64,000 bases of DNA from a virus: the IMG/VR virus record IMGVR_UViG_3300007513_000005; one strand, given 5' to 3'. Within the stretch, counting starts at the first letter, position 1; each line of letters starts with the position of its first letter. The position numbers were made by a program, and so were the translations under genes. This document shows positions 7,980 to 16,417 of this stretch, piece after piece. The notes under the pieces were generated by a model. That model saw nothing but the letters and a program-made list of their open reading frames with translations, had not been told where the DNA came from and searched no databases.

Positions 7980-8780
7980 TTACTCTGCGTAGCGACTCTT
8001 TGATGACATCTGTCCACCTGTGAATGACATTTCATCATCTTTGCGATTGGCGTTTCTTGCTTTGCGTCGCCTCTCCCTATCTGCTTTCTCGCCAGCGGCT
8101 TGATCTGCTGCAAAAGCAATGTTTGCTGCTCTTTCTCTTGCGACCTCTGCCGCTCGTAACTCTTTTGCCAATGCTTCAGCGCCTGCGGTCTCTCCTGTTT
8201 TCTCTGCTTTAATCGCTTCTTTTCTAAACGTGCGGAGAACGCTCAACATTACGTCTAGTTCGTTGTTCAACGCGTTGGCAAATTTTAACATTTTTTTTGA
8301 TGTTTTGTCCTTCATATCGTAACCCTTCGTCGCGGCGTTTATGAACTTTTTCATCTCCCCAATTCTTTTAACTACAGTTTTATCTGTGCCCATGAGGGTC
8401 CCTCTCTTTTTTTTCGGGAAACTTTTAAAAGTTTCGTGCTCGTATCCGAACCCCCTTGTACGGGATCTGCCCTGGTCTGCCATTCTATCGATTGCCATAC
8501 TCAACTCCCTGGCGGTTGGCATTTCCTCATTCATATACTCCATGAACACTGAGTATTTGGATCTAACCTTCTCTTTGATTTCCCTATTCTGCATTGACAT
8601 CCCTAATCCCGTCTTCTTTTTTACGGTGTCAATGCCTTTGCGGATAAAATTTCCAAATCCTTCTTCGATTAGTTTTGCTTCAATCTGGTCTTTGTTTAAA
8701 CCTTCTTTAAGGTACTTCTGGACTCTTCTCTCTGCTAGTACTCTTTTTGTTGAGTTTAGCGTACTTTCTGATAACTTCAT
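7980..8780 (-). CDS. Basic helical hypothetical protein
   Basis: 266 aa, TAGGAG SD; repeated LxE motifs near the N-terminus. Confidence 0.7.
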   Translation of the reverse strand: MKLSESTLNSTKRVLAERRVQKYLKEGLNKDQIEAKLIEEGFGNFIRKGIDTVKKKTGLGMSMQNREIKEKVRSKYSVFMEYMNEEMPTARELSMAIDRMADQGRSRTRGFGYEHETFKSFPKKKRGTLMGTDKTVVKRIGEMKKFINAATKGYDMKDKTSKKMLKFANALNNELDVMLSVLRTFRKEAIKAEKTGETAGAEALAKELRAAEVARERAANIAFAADQAAGEKADRERRRKARNANRKDDEMSFTGGQMSSKSRYAE

Positions 8781-8880
8781 TATAAACTCTCCTATAGGTG
8801 TGTGATATATCGTAAGTAATTATACCATAGGTTGCTTAAAAACCTCAGAAAATTTCTTGGCCATAGTGAGCGCGTATTAA

Positions 8881-8946
8881 GGCGGCGGGTGGGGTCTAGT
8901 GACCCCATGCACCTAGTATGCCGGCCCCAGGGGGGAGGGGGGGTAC
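8881..8946. other. GC-rich non-coding element with hairpin and G-runs
   Basis: GGGGTC-TAGT-GACCCC hairpin and G6-A-G7 run in an AT-rich genome at a module boundary. Confidence 0.6.
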
Positions 8947-8955
8947 GTTAACAAA

Positions 8956-9195
8956 CTAACACCCTATTCGTATTGCCCACATGCGCATGCGGACGTCCGC
9001 TTCATAGGGGTCGACACCATTCTGCAGGGCGTTGTCGATGCGCTGGCACTCGGCCACACGCTCAAGACGGTTGAACCGTTGACGTTGCGCTGCCTTGTTG
9101 GAGCTATAGTTGGTACGCCATTCGTTGAACAGATCATCACAATAGGTTATGATAGCATCGTTCTCGCGGTCTAACATCTTATCCATGGTTAACAT
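8956..9195 (-). CDS. Early hypothetical protein
   Basis: Start revised to 9195 (AGAAAGG SD), downstream of the promoter at 9244-9272. Confidence 0.6.
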   Translation of the reverse strand: MLTMDKMLDRENDAIITYCDDLFNEWRTNYSSNKAAQRQRFNRLERVAECQRIDNALQNGVDPYEADVRMRMWAIRIGC

Positions 9196-9243
9196 ATGGA
9201 ACCTTTCTGTTTGTACCAGGGTTAATTCCCTGACTACTCTTAT

Positions 9244-9276
9244 ACTATACTGGCCCCCTTGCTGGATTGCAAGGGG
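9244..9276 (-). promoter_or_regulatory. sigma70 promoter overlapping a stem-loop
   Basis: TTGCAA-17-TATAGT; -35 lies within the CCCCTTGC/GCAAGGGG 8-bp inverted repeat. Confidence 0.65.
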
Positions 9277-9296
9277 TTTTTGCAATTTAATTGTTT

Positions 9297-9734
9297 TTAA
9301 TCGTCGCCAAATAGATCACTTGCGGGGATACGGTCAGCGCGCGCTGAGATTGCTTCGATTGCTGCTAGGTCTGCAGCCGTTGGACCTTCTGATGTTTTAA
9401 CTTTCTTTGCCTTGGCAACCTTCTTAGACTTGGCAACAATTGGCGCAGCCTCTTGCTTTGGTTCCTTACGGGTTAAGATTGCTTCATTGTCACTGATGAA
9501 CGCGCCAAGGTCACCAGACTTGCACATATCAATGATACGCTCCCATTGGCCAGCATACAGGGTAACTGGCATACGCTGCAAACCATAGATACTGATACCG
9601 CCTTTAGTGCTAACCTTCATACGTACTTGGTTCTTGACAGTTTGCTTAAGTGCTTTCAATTCAGCTTGCATTGCTTCAAGCTCTGCGATGCGTGCCATTG
9701 TTGCGTTGTTTGCTACGTTTGCTGAGTTACTCAT
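9297..9734 (-). CDS. Early hypothetical protein (coiled-coil, conserved core, Lys/Ala-rich tail)
   Basis: Start revised to MSNSAN at 9734 (GAAAGGG SD); core KVSTKGGISIYGLQRMPVTLYAGQWERI. Confidence 0.7.
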   Translation of the reverse strand: MSNSANVANNATMARIAELEAMQAELKALKQTVKNQVRMKVSTKGGISIYGLQRMPVTLYAGQWERIIDMCKSGDLGAFISDNEAILTRKEPKQEAAPIVAKSKKVAKAKKVKTSEGPTAADLAAIEAISARADRIPASDLFGDD

Positions 9735-9788
9735 GATCTTTACCCTTTCGAGGTAGTTATTGGTTGCGGTCCCCTTGACCACTTCTAA

Positions 9789-9817
9789 ACTATAGGACAA
9801 TTGAGATTGATTGTCAA
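9789..9817 (-). promoter_or_regulatory. Strong sigma70 promoter with A-tract UP element
   Basis: TTGACA-17-TATAGT preceded by an A8 tract. Confidence 0.75.
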
Positions 9818-9852
9818 AACTTTTTTTAATAAATCGTATAACCTTAATGATC

Positions 9853-10062
9853 TCAGTCAGTTACGACTGGATATTCTTTTGCATCGCGGTGATTCAGGGT
9901 TTCAATCTGAGCCGCTATCAATTCTTGGCACATGTTGATAGTACCAAAGTATATTTGATAGGCGGTGCTGCGATAGTGCTCAGGTAAACCAGCAATGATG
10001 CCAGCAACCTGGTTAGCGTTAAGAGTAGTGAATAGACCGTTCTTTGGGATAGGGTTAATCAT
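9853..10062 (-). CDS. Early hypothetical protein
   Basis: Start revised to MINPIP at 10062; promoter TTGTAT-17-TTTAAT upstream. Confidence 0.6.
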   Translation of the reverse strand: MINPIPKNGLFTTLNANQVAGIIAGLPEHYRSTAYQIYFGTINMCQELIAAQIETLNHRDAKEYPVVTD

Positions 10063-10169
10063 GGCGTTGCCTTTCGTTTTTGTTTTCGCCTCAACTTCTG
10101 AAACCATTAAACCATAACGTGGCAAACAATACAAATCTTTTTTTAATTAATCGTATTTCTTCAATTAAT

Positions 10170-10295
10170 TCACATACTTGCAAGAGCGCCAAAGACTGCA
10201 AACATATATAGAGCAGTGCCTACGGTAGCCATAAGTAGATCCCGTAGGGTATAGCGATAATTGACCAGGGCCTGATGCCCTTCTAAATCTTCCAC
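10170..10295 (-). CDS. Small membrane peptide (41 aa)
   Basis: GTG start with GGAG SD; C-terminal TM LLMATVGTALYMFAVFGALASM; not in track. Confidence 0.55.
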   Translation of the reverse strand: MEDLEGHQALVNYRYTLRDLLMATVGTALYMFAVFGALASM

Positions 10296-10522
10296 TTTAA
10301 TTTCTCCGTATCTGTATTGTTCAACAGTAACATCATATAGCGTATGGCCTTCGCCTTAGCGCACGATAGGGTGCGTGCCTTGCTTATGTACTCTGCATCC
10401 TTTACGGTACCCACGATTAGGGTATATTCATCGGGCTTCGTTTCTCTTATAAGCGCGAGGCGGTCGATATCGTGCCATTCGATACCCCATGTGCTTTCGT
10501 CGTACCGTTCCCATTCTAACAT
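10283..10522 (-). CDS. Hypothetical protein
   Basis: 79-aa minus-strand ORF. Confidence 0.5.
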   Translation of the reverse strand: MLEWERYDESTWGIEWHDIDRLALIRETKPDEYTLIVGTVKDAEYISKARTLSCAKAKAIRYMMLLLNNTDTEKLKWKI

Positions 10523-10888
10523 AACGTCGTTTTTGCGTGCATTTTCTAACGGTATCGGGTAGTTAGAGTGTTAACGCCAACGCGCTTAATACACCCTATA
10601 CCACCACGTACCACTGATTTACACTATATAACCTTTCACCATATAACATCATTATAACATATTGTAATCACTGCGTTTTTTCTATTTGCGCTTCTTACGT
10701 GTATGTGACCATGCACTACTAACCGTTGTGCGCTTTGTCTTTTTTCTACTCAATGTGTATGCTCCTATGTGTGTGTTTTTTATATATCAGCGGGGGACCG
10801 ATTCCCGATACGGTCTACAGTAAGGTCGTTTCATTCCCTATCCTCCGAGCGTTATGTGTAACGCATGCGGTGTGCTTGGTTGTGTTTT

Positions 10889-11176
10889 TTATACAATCAA
10901 TGCTCTGTTCTTTTTTAACTCTACCTCGTTAACCTGAATCCAGTCTGCGTATTGCCTAGACTTGCCAACGTGACAGGATGTAGTCTGCGAGTAATACCTG
11001 ATACCACCTGATGTATAATCAAATAATACTTTCTCACCTTGGGCATTAGTCGTACCGATCTTTAACTGATATGAGTAAAGGTCTTTACCATCTGTACTAT
11101 AAGCGCCAGTGCCATTACTTGCCGCACTGTTCTTTCTCCAATAGTAAGCGATGTTCTCATTAGTAGTCTTAATCAT
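10889..11176 (-). CDS. Early hypothetical protein
   Basis: GAGGGAG SD; LYSYQLKIG...YSQTTSCHV; own promoter at 11209-11237. Confidence 0.7.
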   Translation of the reverse strand: MIKTTNENIAYYWRKNSAASNGTGAYSTDGKDLYSYQLKIGTTNAQGEKVLFDYTSGGIRYYSQTTSCHVGKSRQYADWIQVNEVELKKNRALIV

Positions 11177-11208
11177 TTTATTTCTTTCTCCCTCGACGTT
11201 CTTTTAGT

Positions 11209-11237
11209 ATTATCGCAAATCATTCAAACAAAGTCAA
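11209..11237 (-). promoter_or_regulatory. sigma70 promoter module
   Basis: TTGACT-17-GATAAT; downstream AACGTCGAG shared with the module at 11556. Confidence 0.7.
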
Positions 11238-11255
11238 ATACTTTTTAATCTTTCT

Positions 11256-11510
11256 TTATTCTGTAGTGATCTCCATATCTTGCGGGCCTGACACTGTGCC
11301 TACCACTGTATTATAATTGAAGATGCGGAAGTCTTTACTCACAATATCCCATACCAGTTCAACACCTTCGGCAAGCTTGCGGGGTTTCGCATTGCTGCTA
11401 ACCTTACCGTTTAAGAAGTCAGCAGGTAAGTCTCCAATGCGAACAAACGACATTGTTCTATCTTCCCCTGATGCTTTAGTGAATGTTCCACTATAGATAT
11501 TTACTTTCAT
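11256..11510 (-). CDS. SH3/WYL_2-like beta-barrel protein
   Basis: GTFTKASGEDRTM...VWDIVSKDFRIFNY pattern. Confidence 0.55.
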   Translation of the reverse strand: MKVNIYSGTFTKASGEDRTMSFVRIGDLPADFLNGKVSSNAKPRKLAEGVELVWDIVSKDFRIFNYNTVVGTVSGPQDMEITTE

Positions 11511-11555
11511 TCATTTACCCTTTCTAGGTAGTTTGTCTCTCGACGTTGTTTTAAC

Positions 11556-11584
11556 ATTATTGCAAACCATTTTGCAATTGTCAA
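11556..11584 (-). promoter_or_regulatory. sigma70 promoter module
   Basis: TTGACA-17-AATAAT; near-copy of 12034-12062. Confidence 0.75.
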
Positions 11585-11601
11585 ATCTTTATTAAACTTT
11601 C

Positions 11602-12006
11602 TTATTTCTTCAATGATTCCAACACTTTACGTGGATCGAGGTCTTCGTAAACACCACTAGAGGAGATACGGTCACCGTTCGGACCCTGCGACCAATAAGT
11701 AATACCCGAGGCCTCACAAAAGTATTTATCGTAACCTAGCGAGCGGAGCTTATGCTTCGCCTGGTCCCAGTCGATCTTTGCTCGCGCTTCGGCCTCATAA
11801 TCTCGGGTTGCACCCTCCGAGACGACAAGTGCCATACTAACTTTCGTATCTGTGATGCTCGGGTTCTCATAAGCATGAAACCTCATCTGAGCCGCAATGT
11901 TATCACTAGCAGCACACATTACTTCGCACCACAGTTCCTTTACCGTTCCAAAGTCTTTATTGACATATGCTGTTAACAGTGCATCGCCACGTTCTTTAAT
12001 ATTCAT
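11602..12006 (-). CDS. Early hypothetical protein, paralog of 12090..12323
   Basis: Start revised to MNIKER at 12006; C-terminal GY..Y.C..GI.YWSQ..NGDRI...DPRKVLESL shared. Confidence 0.7.
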   Translation of the reverse strand: MNIKERGDALLTAYVNKDFGTVKELWCEVMCAASDNIAAQMRFHAYENPSITDTKVSMALVVSEGATRDYEAEARAKIDWDQAKHKLRSLGYDKYFCEASGITYWSQGPNGDRISSSGVYEDLDPRKVLESLKK

Positions 12007-12033
12007 GCTGTAACCTTTCTTCATTGTGTAAAC

Positions 12034-12062
12034 ATTATTGCATATCATTTTGTAATTGTCAA
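12034..12062 (-). promoter_or_regulatory. sigma70 promoter module
   Basis: TTGACA-17-AATAAT followed by GTTTACACAATGAAG, which is also at 12563-12580. Confidence 0.75.
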
Positions 12063-12089
12063 ATCTTTATTGAACTTTCTAGTTAAAAC

Positions 12090-12323
12090 TTAAAAGTCCG
12101 TAAACCAGAGCAATGATTCCAACACTTTACGTGGGTCGCCTTCGGTGCAAATGTCACCGTTCTCGTCAGTGATACGGTCACCGTTCTCGGTCTGCGACCA
12201 ATAACTTATACCCGTGACCTGACAAATGTATTCCCTGTAACCTCGCGAATGTAGTCTTAACAGTGCATCGCTGCGCTCGTTTCGCTCTCGCGCTTCGGCA
12301 TCAAAACGTTCTTTAATATTCAT
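12090..12323 (-). CDS. Early hypothetical protein, paralog of 11602..12006
   Basis: Shared MNIKER start and C-terminal domain. Confidence 0.7.
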   Translation of the reverse strand: MNIKERFDAEARERNERSDALLRLHSRGYREYICQVTGISYWSQTENGDRITDENGDICTEGDPRKVLESLLWFTDF

Positions 12324-12336
12324 ACTATAACCTTTC

Positions 12337-12546
12337 TTATTTCAACCATGTATTCATTGACTCACGCTTGATACGCTTAATCATATCTTCACCTAAAATC
12401 ATCTCTATCTGCTGATACGGGATTGTACCGTTGATATCATCCCATAGGTCCGACACTGGTTGCGGGTTGCCTGAACATCCCGACTCTGTTAGTCTAGCGT
12501 TGAACTCTCTTGCCAACACACCACTTAACTCTTTATACTGACTCAT
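12337..12546 (-). CDS. Early hypothetical protein
   Basis: Start revised to MSQYKE at 12546. Confidence 0.6.
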   Translation of the reverse strand: MSQYKELSGVLAREFNARLTESGCSGNPQPVSDLWDDINGTIPYQQIEMILGEDMIKRIKRESMNTWLK

Positions 12547-12576
12547 TACTTTTTTCCTTCGCTTCATTGTGTAAAC

Positions 12577-12605
12577 ATTAAACCACATCAAGATTCAAAA
12601 GTCAA
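12577..12605 (-). promoter_or_regulatory. sigma70 promoter module
   Basis: TTGACT-17-TTTAAT. Confidence 0.7.
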
Positions 12606-12622
12606 AAGTTTTTTGAACTTTC

Positions 12623-12817
12623 TTATTTGTTCATTCGTTTCAAGTAGTTACAATAATCATCCAATCCACTGTGCATCACTTCCTTTAATGCTTCCTTGTC
12701 ATCAACAAGGTCAATCACTGCCAATAGTGCCTGATGTTTATCAACGCCCTGATGCTTTAGTGAATCGGCCACTGCAAATTTAATGTCATTAACTAATGCT
12801 TTTGTACTTGGTAGCAT
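12623..12817 (-). CDS. Hypothetical protein
   Basis: ATG 12817 with AGGAG SD. Confidence 0.6.
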   Translation of the reverse strand: MLPSTKALVNDIKFAVADSLKHQGVDKHQALLAVIDLVDDKEALKEVMHSGLDDYCNYLKRMNK

Positions 12818-13088
12818 AGATCTCACTCCTGATTCTTTCTTTATTCATTCTCATCTGGTCGCTATCTGCGAACTTTATCTCATTACGATAACACTGGTGC
12901 TCGGGATAATAACCGTTCATCCACCTGACGCGATAGACAGAAGCGCCGATTGGATACCCTAAGTGGTTCTTCACAACAAAGTGACCTAGCACTAACCCAA
13001 TGTCATTACGTGGTATCGCTCGTAACTGTGCTGATGCCTTACCTGCGGTAGATAGTCTCACGAGTGTTCCCTTGGTTAACCTACTCAT
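12789..13088 (-). CDS. KOW/SH3-like small protein
   Basis: MSRLTKGTLVRL...IGLVLG...YRVRW; start revised to 13088. Confidence 0.6.
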   Translation of the reverse strand: MSRLTKGTLVRLSTAGKASAQLRAIPRNDIGLVLGHFVVKNHLGYPIGASVYRVRWMNGYYPEHQCYRNEIKFADSDQMRMNKERIRSEIYATKYKSIS

Positions 13089-13089
13089 A

Positions 13090-13359
13090 CTATTCTCTCC
13101 AACACTTGTTGAAGTGTCCACAGTCGGGCGCTAGTTCTGCCATATCATGAAACGGAATACACATATCTCTCTCGTGTGTTCTTGACGGGTCGCAGATAAT
13201 ATCCGCTGCCACCACTACGGGTTCTTTACCCTCTATGCTCAATCCACAACGAACAACAGTGTGCGAGTAGTTAGAGTCGTAGATGCTGCAATCTTCTTCT
13301 GTAACATCACCACAAGCGATTAGTGATAGGGCGATTAATGCTAGAGTCAAAATCTTCAT
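13090..13359 (-). CDS. Cys-rich lipoprotein
   Basis: Lipobox LIA-CGD; 7 Cys; start revised to 13359. Confidence 0.7.
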   Translation of the reverse strand: MKILTLALIALSLIACGDVTEEDCSIYDSNYSHTVVRCGLSIEGKEPVVVAADIICDPSRTHERDMCIPFHDMAELAPDCGHFNKCWRE

Positions 13360-13452
13360 TTGTTTTTTCCCTTCAATCAATTACAAATACATCCTACCAC
13401 AAGAAAAATTTTCGCGCAAGAAAAATCGACAATCGTCAATTATTTCAATGGT

Positions 13453-13734
13453 TTAGACCCCAAGACGTAGTACATAATATCCGCTGCCACCACGAGGATC
13501 TTTATTATATCTCTCCACAACCTTGAATATATCTGAAGGGCACAATTCGCTGCCCTTTTCCCCGTAGAGTTCGTGCCAGTTTGTCACATTGCCCATACCA
13601 TCACATTCAAATAGCATGATCTCGGGTGTATTAAATGCTGTACTATAGGACGCTAACACTTTGTTGTTGGTGTTAACATCCTTGAATACAAACTTGGTGC
13701 CACTGGTGCCTAAAGGGTAATGTACTTTAAGCAT
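13453..13734 (-). CDS. Hypothetical protein
   Basis: 93-aa coupled ORF. Confidence 0.65.
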   Translation of the reverse strand: MLKVHYPLGTSGTKFVFKDVNTNNKVLASYSTAFNTPEIMLFECDGMGNVTNWHELYGEKGSELCPSDIFKVVERYNKDPRGGSGYYVLRLGV

Positions 13735-13975
13735 TTAACTCACTCTTTAAATCCTCTAGCAGACATTCACGTTTTTCTTTGTTGTTGTCGAATGCTTCTG
13801 GCATGAATCCCCTTTGGAACAACCAATCATCCAAGTCTGGCTTGCGCATACGGTTAATCGTAGCCACTGACATAAACCGCTTGGTGCCAAAGATTGTCTC
13901 AACCTTGCCTGCGTTCCGTTGTCGGTTACTGGTACGCTGTAGGTTTGCGTGTAAGTTTTGACTAACTCTCATCAT
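13727..13975 (-). CDS. Hypothetical protein
   Basis: 82-aa basic ORF overlapping neighbours. Confidence 0.55.
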   Translation of the reverse strand: MMRVSQNLHANLQRTSNRQRNAGKVETIFGTKRFMSVATINRMRKPDLDDWLFQRGFMPEAFDNNKEKRECLLEDLKSELNA

Positions 13976-14153
13976 TCTTTACCTCTTCAATAAAATCGTA
14001 TTCAATGTAACCAATATCTGATGTTTCTTCCCAATCACTCCAAGATTCGGGTGCTGCTATCTTTGCTTCATCGTAAGCGTCATCCTCACAGTCCGCCTCT
14101 ATAACAATCGTTGATACAAACTCTCCAAACTTCTTTATACGATACCTACGCAT
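13962..14153 (-). CDS. Small acidic hypothetical protein
   Basis: 63 aa; YRIKKF...IEADCEDDAYDEA pattern. Confidence 0.6.
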   Translation of the reverse strand: MRRYRIKKFGEFVSTIVIEADCEDDAYDEAKIAAPESWSDWEETSDIGYIEYDFIEEVKNDES

Positions 14154-14442
14154 TTAACCTCCTGATGTTATCCTTGTGAACGTGGATGATGTTTGGAGTA
14201 TCACCCTCGAATAATATAATCTTGAACACATCACCCTCAATAATACTGGTTAGGTGTCTTGTGATGCCCTTTTCATCTAAGAAAGTATCGGTTCGCTTAC
14301 TCGCTCCTACGATATACCCAAACTTCCCGTGGTCACTGATCTTTGCAGGGTCTTCAGTTCGCTCTGCGTAGTGATCCCACACTTGAATCAGGTCACCTGC
14401 TTTTGCTGGTCTTACGTTTTGCATTTGATTTCCTTCCATCAA
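14146..14442 (-). CDS. KOW/SH3-like small protein
   Basis: KAGDLIQV...FGYIVG. Confidence 0.6.
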   Translation of the reverse strand: MMEGNQMQNVRPAKAGDLIQVWDHYAERTEDPAKISDHGKFGYIVGASKRTDTFLDEKGITRHLTSIIEGDVFKIILFEGDTPNIIHVHKDNIRRLNA

Positions 14443-14515
14443 CTTGAATACATCTTAGCAAAGAAAAAAAATTCCCGCAAGAAAAAAACCGCGAAATCGT
14501 GAATCGTCAATAAAA

Positions 14516-14674
14516 TCAACTACTTGCATACTTACCGATAATGGTAGATATGTATTTATTAAACTGTCTTATCTCTCCACTAGGAGTGATACATCGGTAG
14601 AACCCATCATAGGCGCCTTCCCCTATCACTAACCAAGTCTGCCCTTCGTGCTTAAAGTATGTTCCCCTCTTCAT
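14516..14674 (-). CDS. KOW/SH3-like miniprotein
   Basis: Start revised to MKRGTYFKH at 14674 (ATGA overlap). Confidence 0.55.
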   Translation of the reverse strand: MKRGTYFKHEGQTWLVIGEGAYDGFYRCITPSGEIRQFNKYISTIIGKYASS

Positions 14675-14910
14675 CGCTTGCCTTTCTTTGCTGGATAGTA
14701 ATTGACAATACCCTTTTCGATACCACCGACAATAGACTGTCTTGTTGCCCACTGGATACTTGTGACTATCTGTCCTGTTTCATCGTGCGGGCTTGTTAGT
14801 GAGTAATACCACTTGTTGCCCTTACGGTATAGCAAGACGCCAGTGACGTATCCGTTGTGTGGTCCTGATGGTTCAGGTGTTCTCATTATGCTACCTTTGG
14901 TTAATCTCAT
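14671..14910 (-). CDS. KOW/SH3-like small protein
   Basis: Start revised to MRLTKGSIMR at 14910 (ATGA overlap). Confidence 0.6.
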   Translation of the reverse strand: MRLTKGSIMRTPEPSGPHNGYVTGVLLYRKGNKWYYSLTSPHDETGQIVTSIQWATRQSIVGGIEKGIVNYYPAKKGKR

Positions 14911-15062
14911 CCTAATACCCTCAACTGACTTGTTACTGCCCATGCGCTACTACCACACGTTGTCCATATCTTAGTTAATCCTGTATCTTCGCATACATAT
15001 CTCACCATGCCAACAATAGGTTTTAACTTGTGGTCATACCTTACGAGTGTTCCCTGTTTCAT
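14907..15062 (-). CDS. KOW/SH3-like miniprotein (51 aa)
   Basis: MKQGTLVRYDHKLKPIVGMVRYVCEDTGLTKIWTTCGSSAWAVTSQLRVLG*; GAGG SD; not in track. Confidence 0.65.
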   Translation of the reverse strand: MKQGTLVRYDHKLKPIVGMVRYVCEDTGLTKIWTTCGSSAWAVTSQLRVLG

Positions 15063-15071
15063 ACATACCTC

Positions 15072-16355
15072 TCAATCAACAATCACTACACGTTCTTTAG
15101 TCTCGAAGTATCTCCTGTTAGCATACTGCTCTGTAGTCATCCACAAACGCTGACACTTGCTAGAGATAGGTTTGGGAGCACACATATCTGTTAAGACAAT
15201 GTGACCATCAAAGGCACGCTCATTGACATACTTGGTAGGAGCATCAAAGCATGTACCACCATGTAGGACTCGCTCTACCTTGCGTGATTGACCCTTGCGC
15301 CACACATAAACTTTATCTTCTTCTACTCTCGTGTCAAAAGGAATAACCGTAAAGGATGCAACCTCTGATAGCTTGTTCAACTCTGCAAAGAACATAGCGA
15401 GCATCTGATCATCTACTGATCCCGATTGGTCAATACTCACCGCAATGTTAGCAACACGGTTAGACTTGCGTCCAGCGTGAATGTAGGGATACCTACGGTT
15501 AATTCGTCTAATAGTGTTAGACCTGTTTGCTTTCTGTGAAGACTTCACAAAGAATCGCAGCACCTTGCGCCAGTCAATCTTAGTCTTGAGACTTTCGATA
15601 ATATCCTTCCTGACCGATGCTGATACCGATCCCCAATTACCGTTGGCTGATGCCTCCTCGGACGCCTGTTTAACAATTTCTTTGAGTCTCTCATTGGCAA
15701 TATCATTTAACTCCTTCGCTTGTTCATCACTAGCACCCCAACCGCTATGGTCATCCAGCGTAGAAACGCCGCCAGACCCGTTAGAATCGCCGCCTGTGCC
15801 CTTTTCTCCACCTTGTGGTTGTCCTTGCCCATCCCCTGACTCACCTTCGCCTGAACCGCCGTTCTGCTGCTCTTCCAAAATCTTCTTGACGTGCGGAACA
15901 TACCATTCTGCTGCCTGTCCTGAAGGTAAATCCTTGAAGACACCCTCGCCAGGAATACATCCTTCCTTGGGTAGATTCTTGATATGTGAATTGATAGCAA
16001 GGTCTGCGCTGATGTTCCAAACCTTAGCAGTAATATCACTACCCTCAGTATTCCAAGGAGCACGATCGGTAACGTGCTTGAAGATAATGTGATAGAACTC
16101 ATGTATCAGTACAGCAGTGCGCTCCAATTCACTCAGTCCCCTGAAGAACTCAGGGTTATAAAGCATTTCAAACTGTGCGGTCTCCTTGTTAACCATAACA
16201 CCAACAGTAGGAATACCATAGGATGCTCGTTTGTTGATACGTCTTGAGATAGCGGCAAAGAACGGTTCATTCATAAGTAACCGCGCAGTGTGCATATTCA
16301 AATCAAAATCATTGTTATCTCTGGATTGGATATTCATTGCGATCCCCGTAGCCAT
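15072..16355 (-). CDS. DUF2201-type HExxH metallopeptidase-like plus VWA-like protein
   Basis: VLIHEFYH; Gly/Glu linker; IDQSGSV MIDAS; GGTCFD; VLTDM. Confidence 0.85.
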   Translation of the reverse strand: MATGIAMNIQSRDNNDFDLNMHTARLLMNEPFFAAISRRINKRASYGIPTVGVMVNKETAQFEMLYNPEFFRGLSELERTAVLIHEFYHIIFKHVTDRAPWNTEGSDITAKVWNISADLAINSHIKNLPKEGCIPGEGVFKDLPSGQAAEWYVPHVKKILEEQQNGGSGEGESGDGQGQPQGGEKGTGGDSNGSGGVSTLDDHSGWGASDEQAKELNDIANERLKEIVKQASEEASANGNWGSVSASVRKDIIESLKTKIDWRKVLRFFVKSSQKANRSNTIRRINRRYPYIHAGRKSNRVANIAVSIDQSGSVDDQMLAMFFAELNKLSEVASFTVIPFDTRVEEDKVYVWRKGQSRKVERVLHGGTCFDAPTKYVNERAFDGHIVLTDMCAPKPISSKCQRLWMTTEQYANRRYFETKERVVIVD

Positions 16356-16381
16356 AATTCAAACTCCTAACTTACAAAACA

Positions 16382-16410
16382 ATGATACTTAAAAAACTAA
16401 CAAATGTCAA
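16382..16410 (-). promoter_or_regulatory. sigma70 promoter
   Basis: TTGACA-17-TATCAT. Confidence 0.65.
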
Positions 16411-16417
16411 ATTTATT

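Noticed and set aside
15514-16102. 192-aa plus ORF and 131-aa alternative-frame minus ORF
   Set aside because: Both overlap the well-supported VWA gene; low-complexity shadows.
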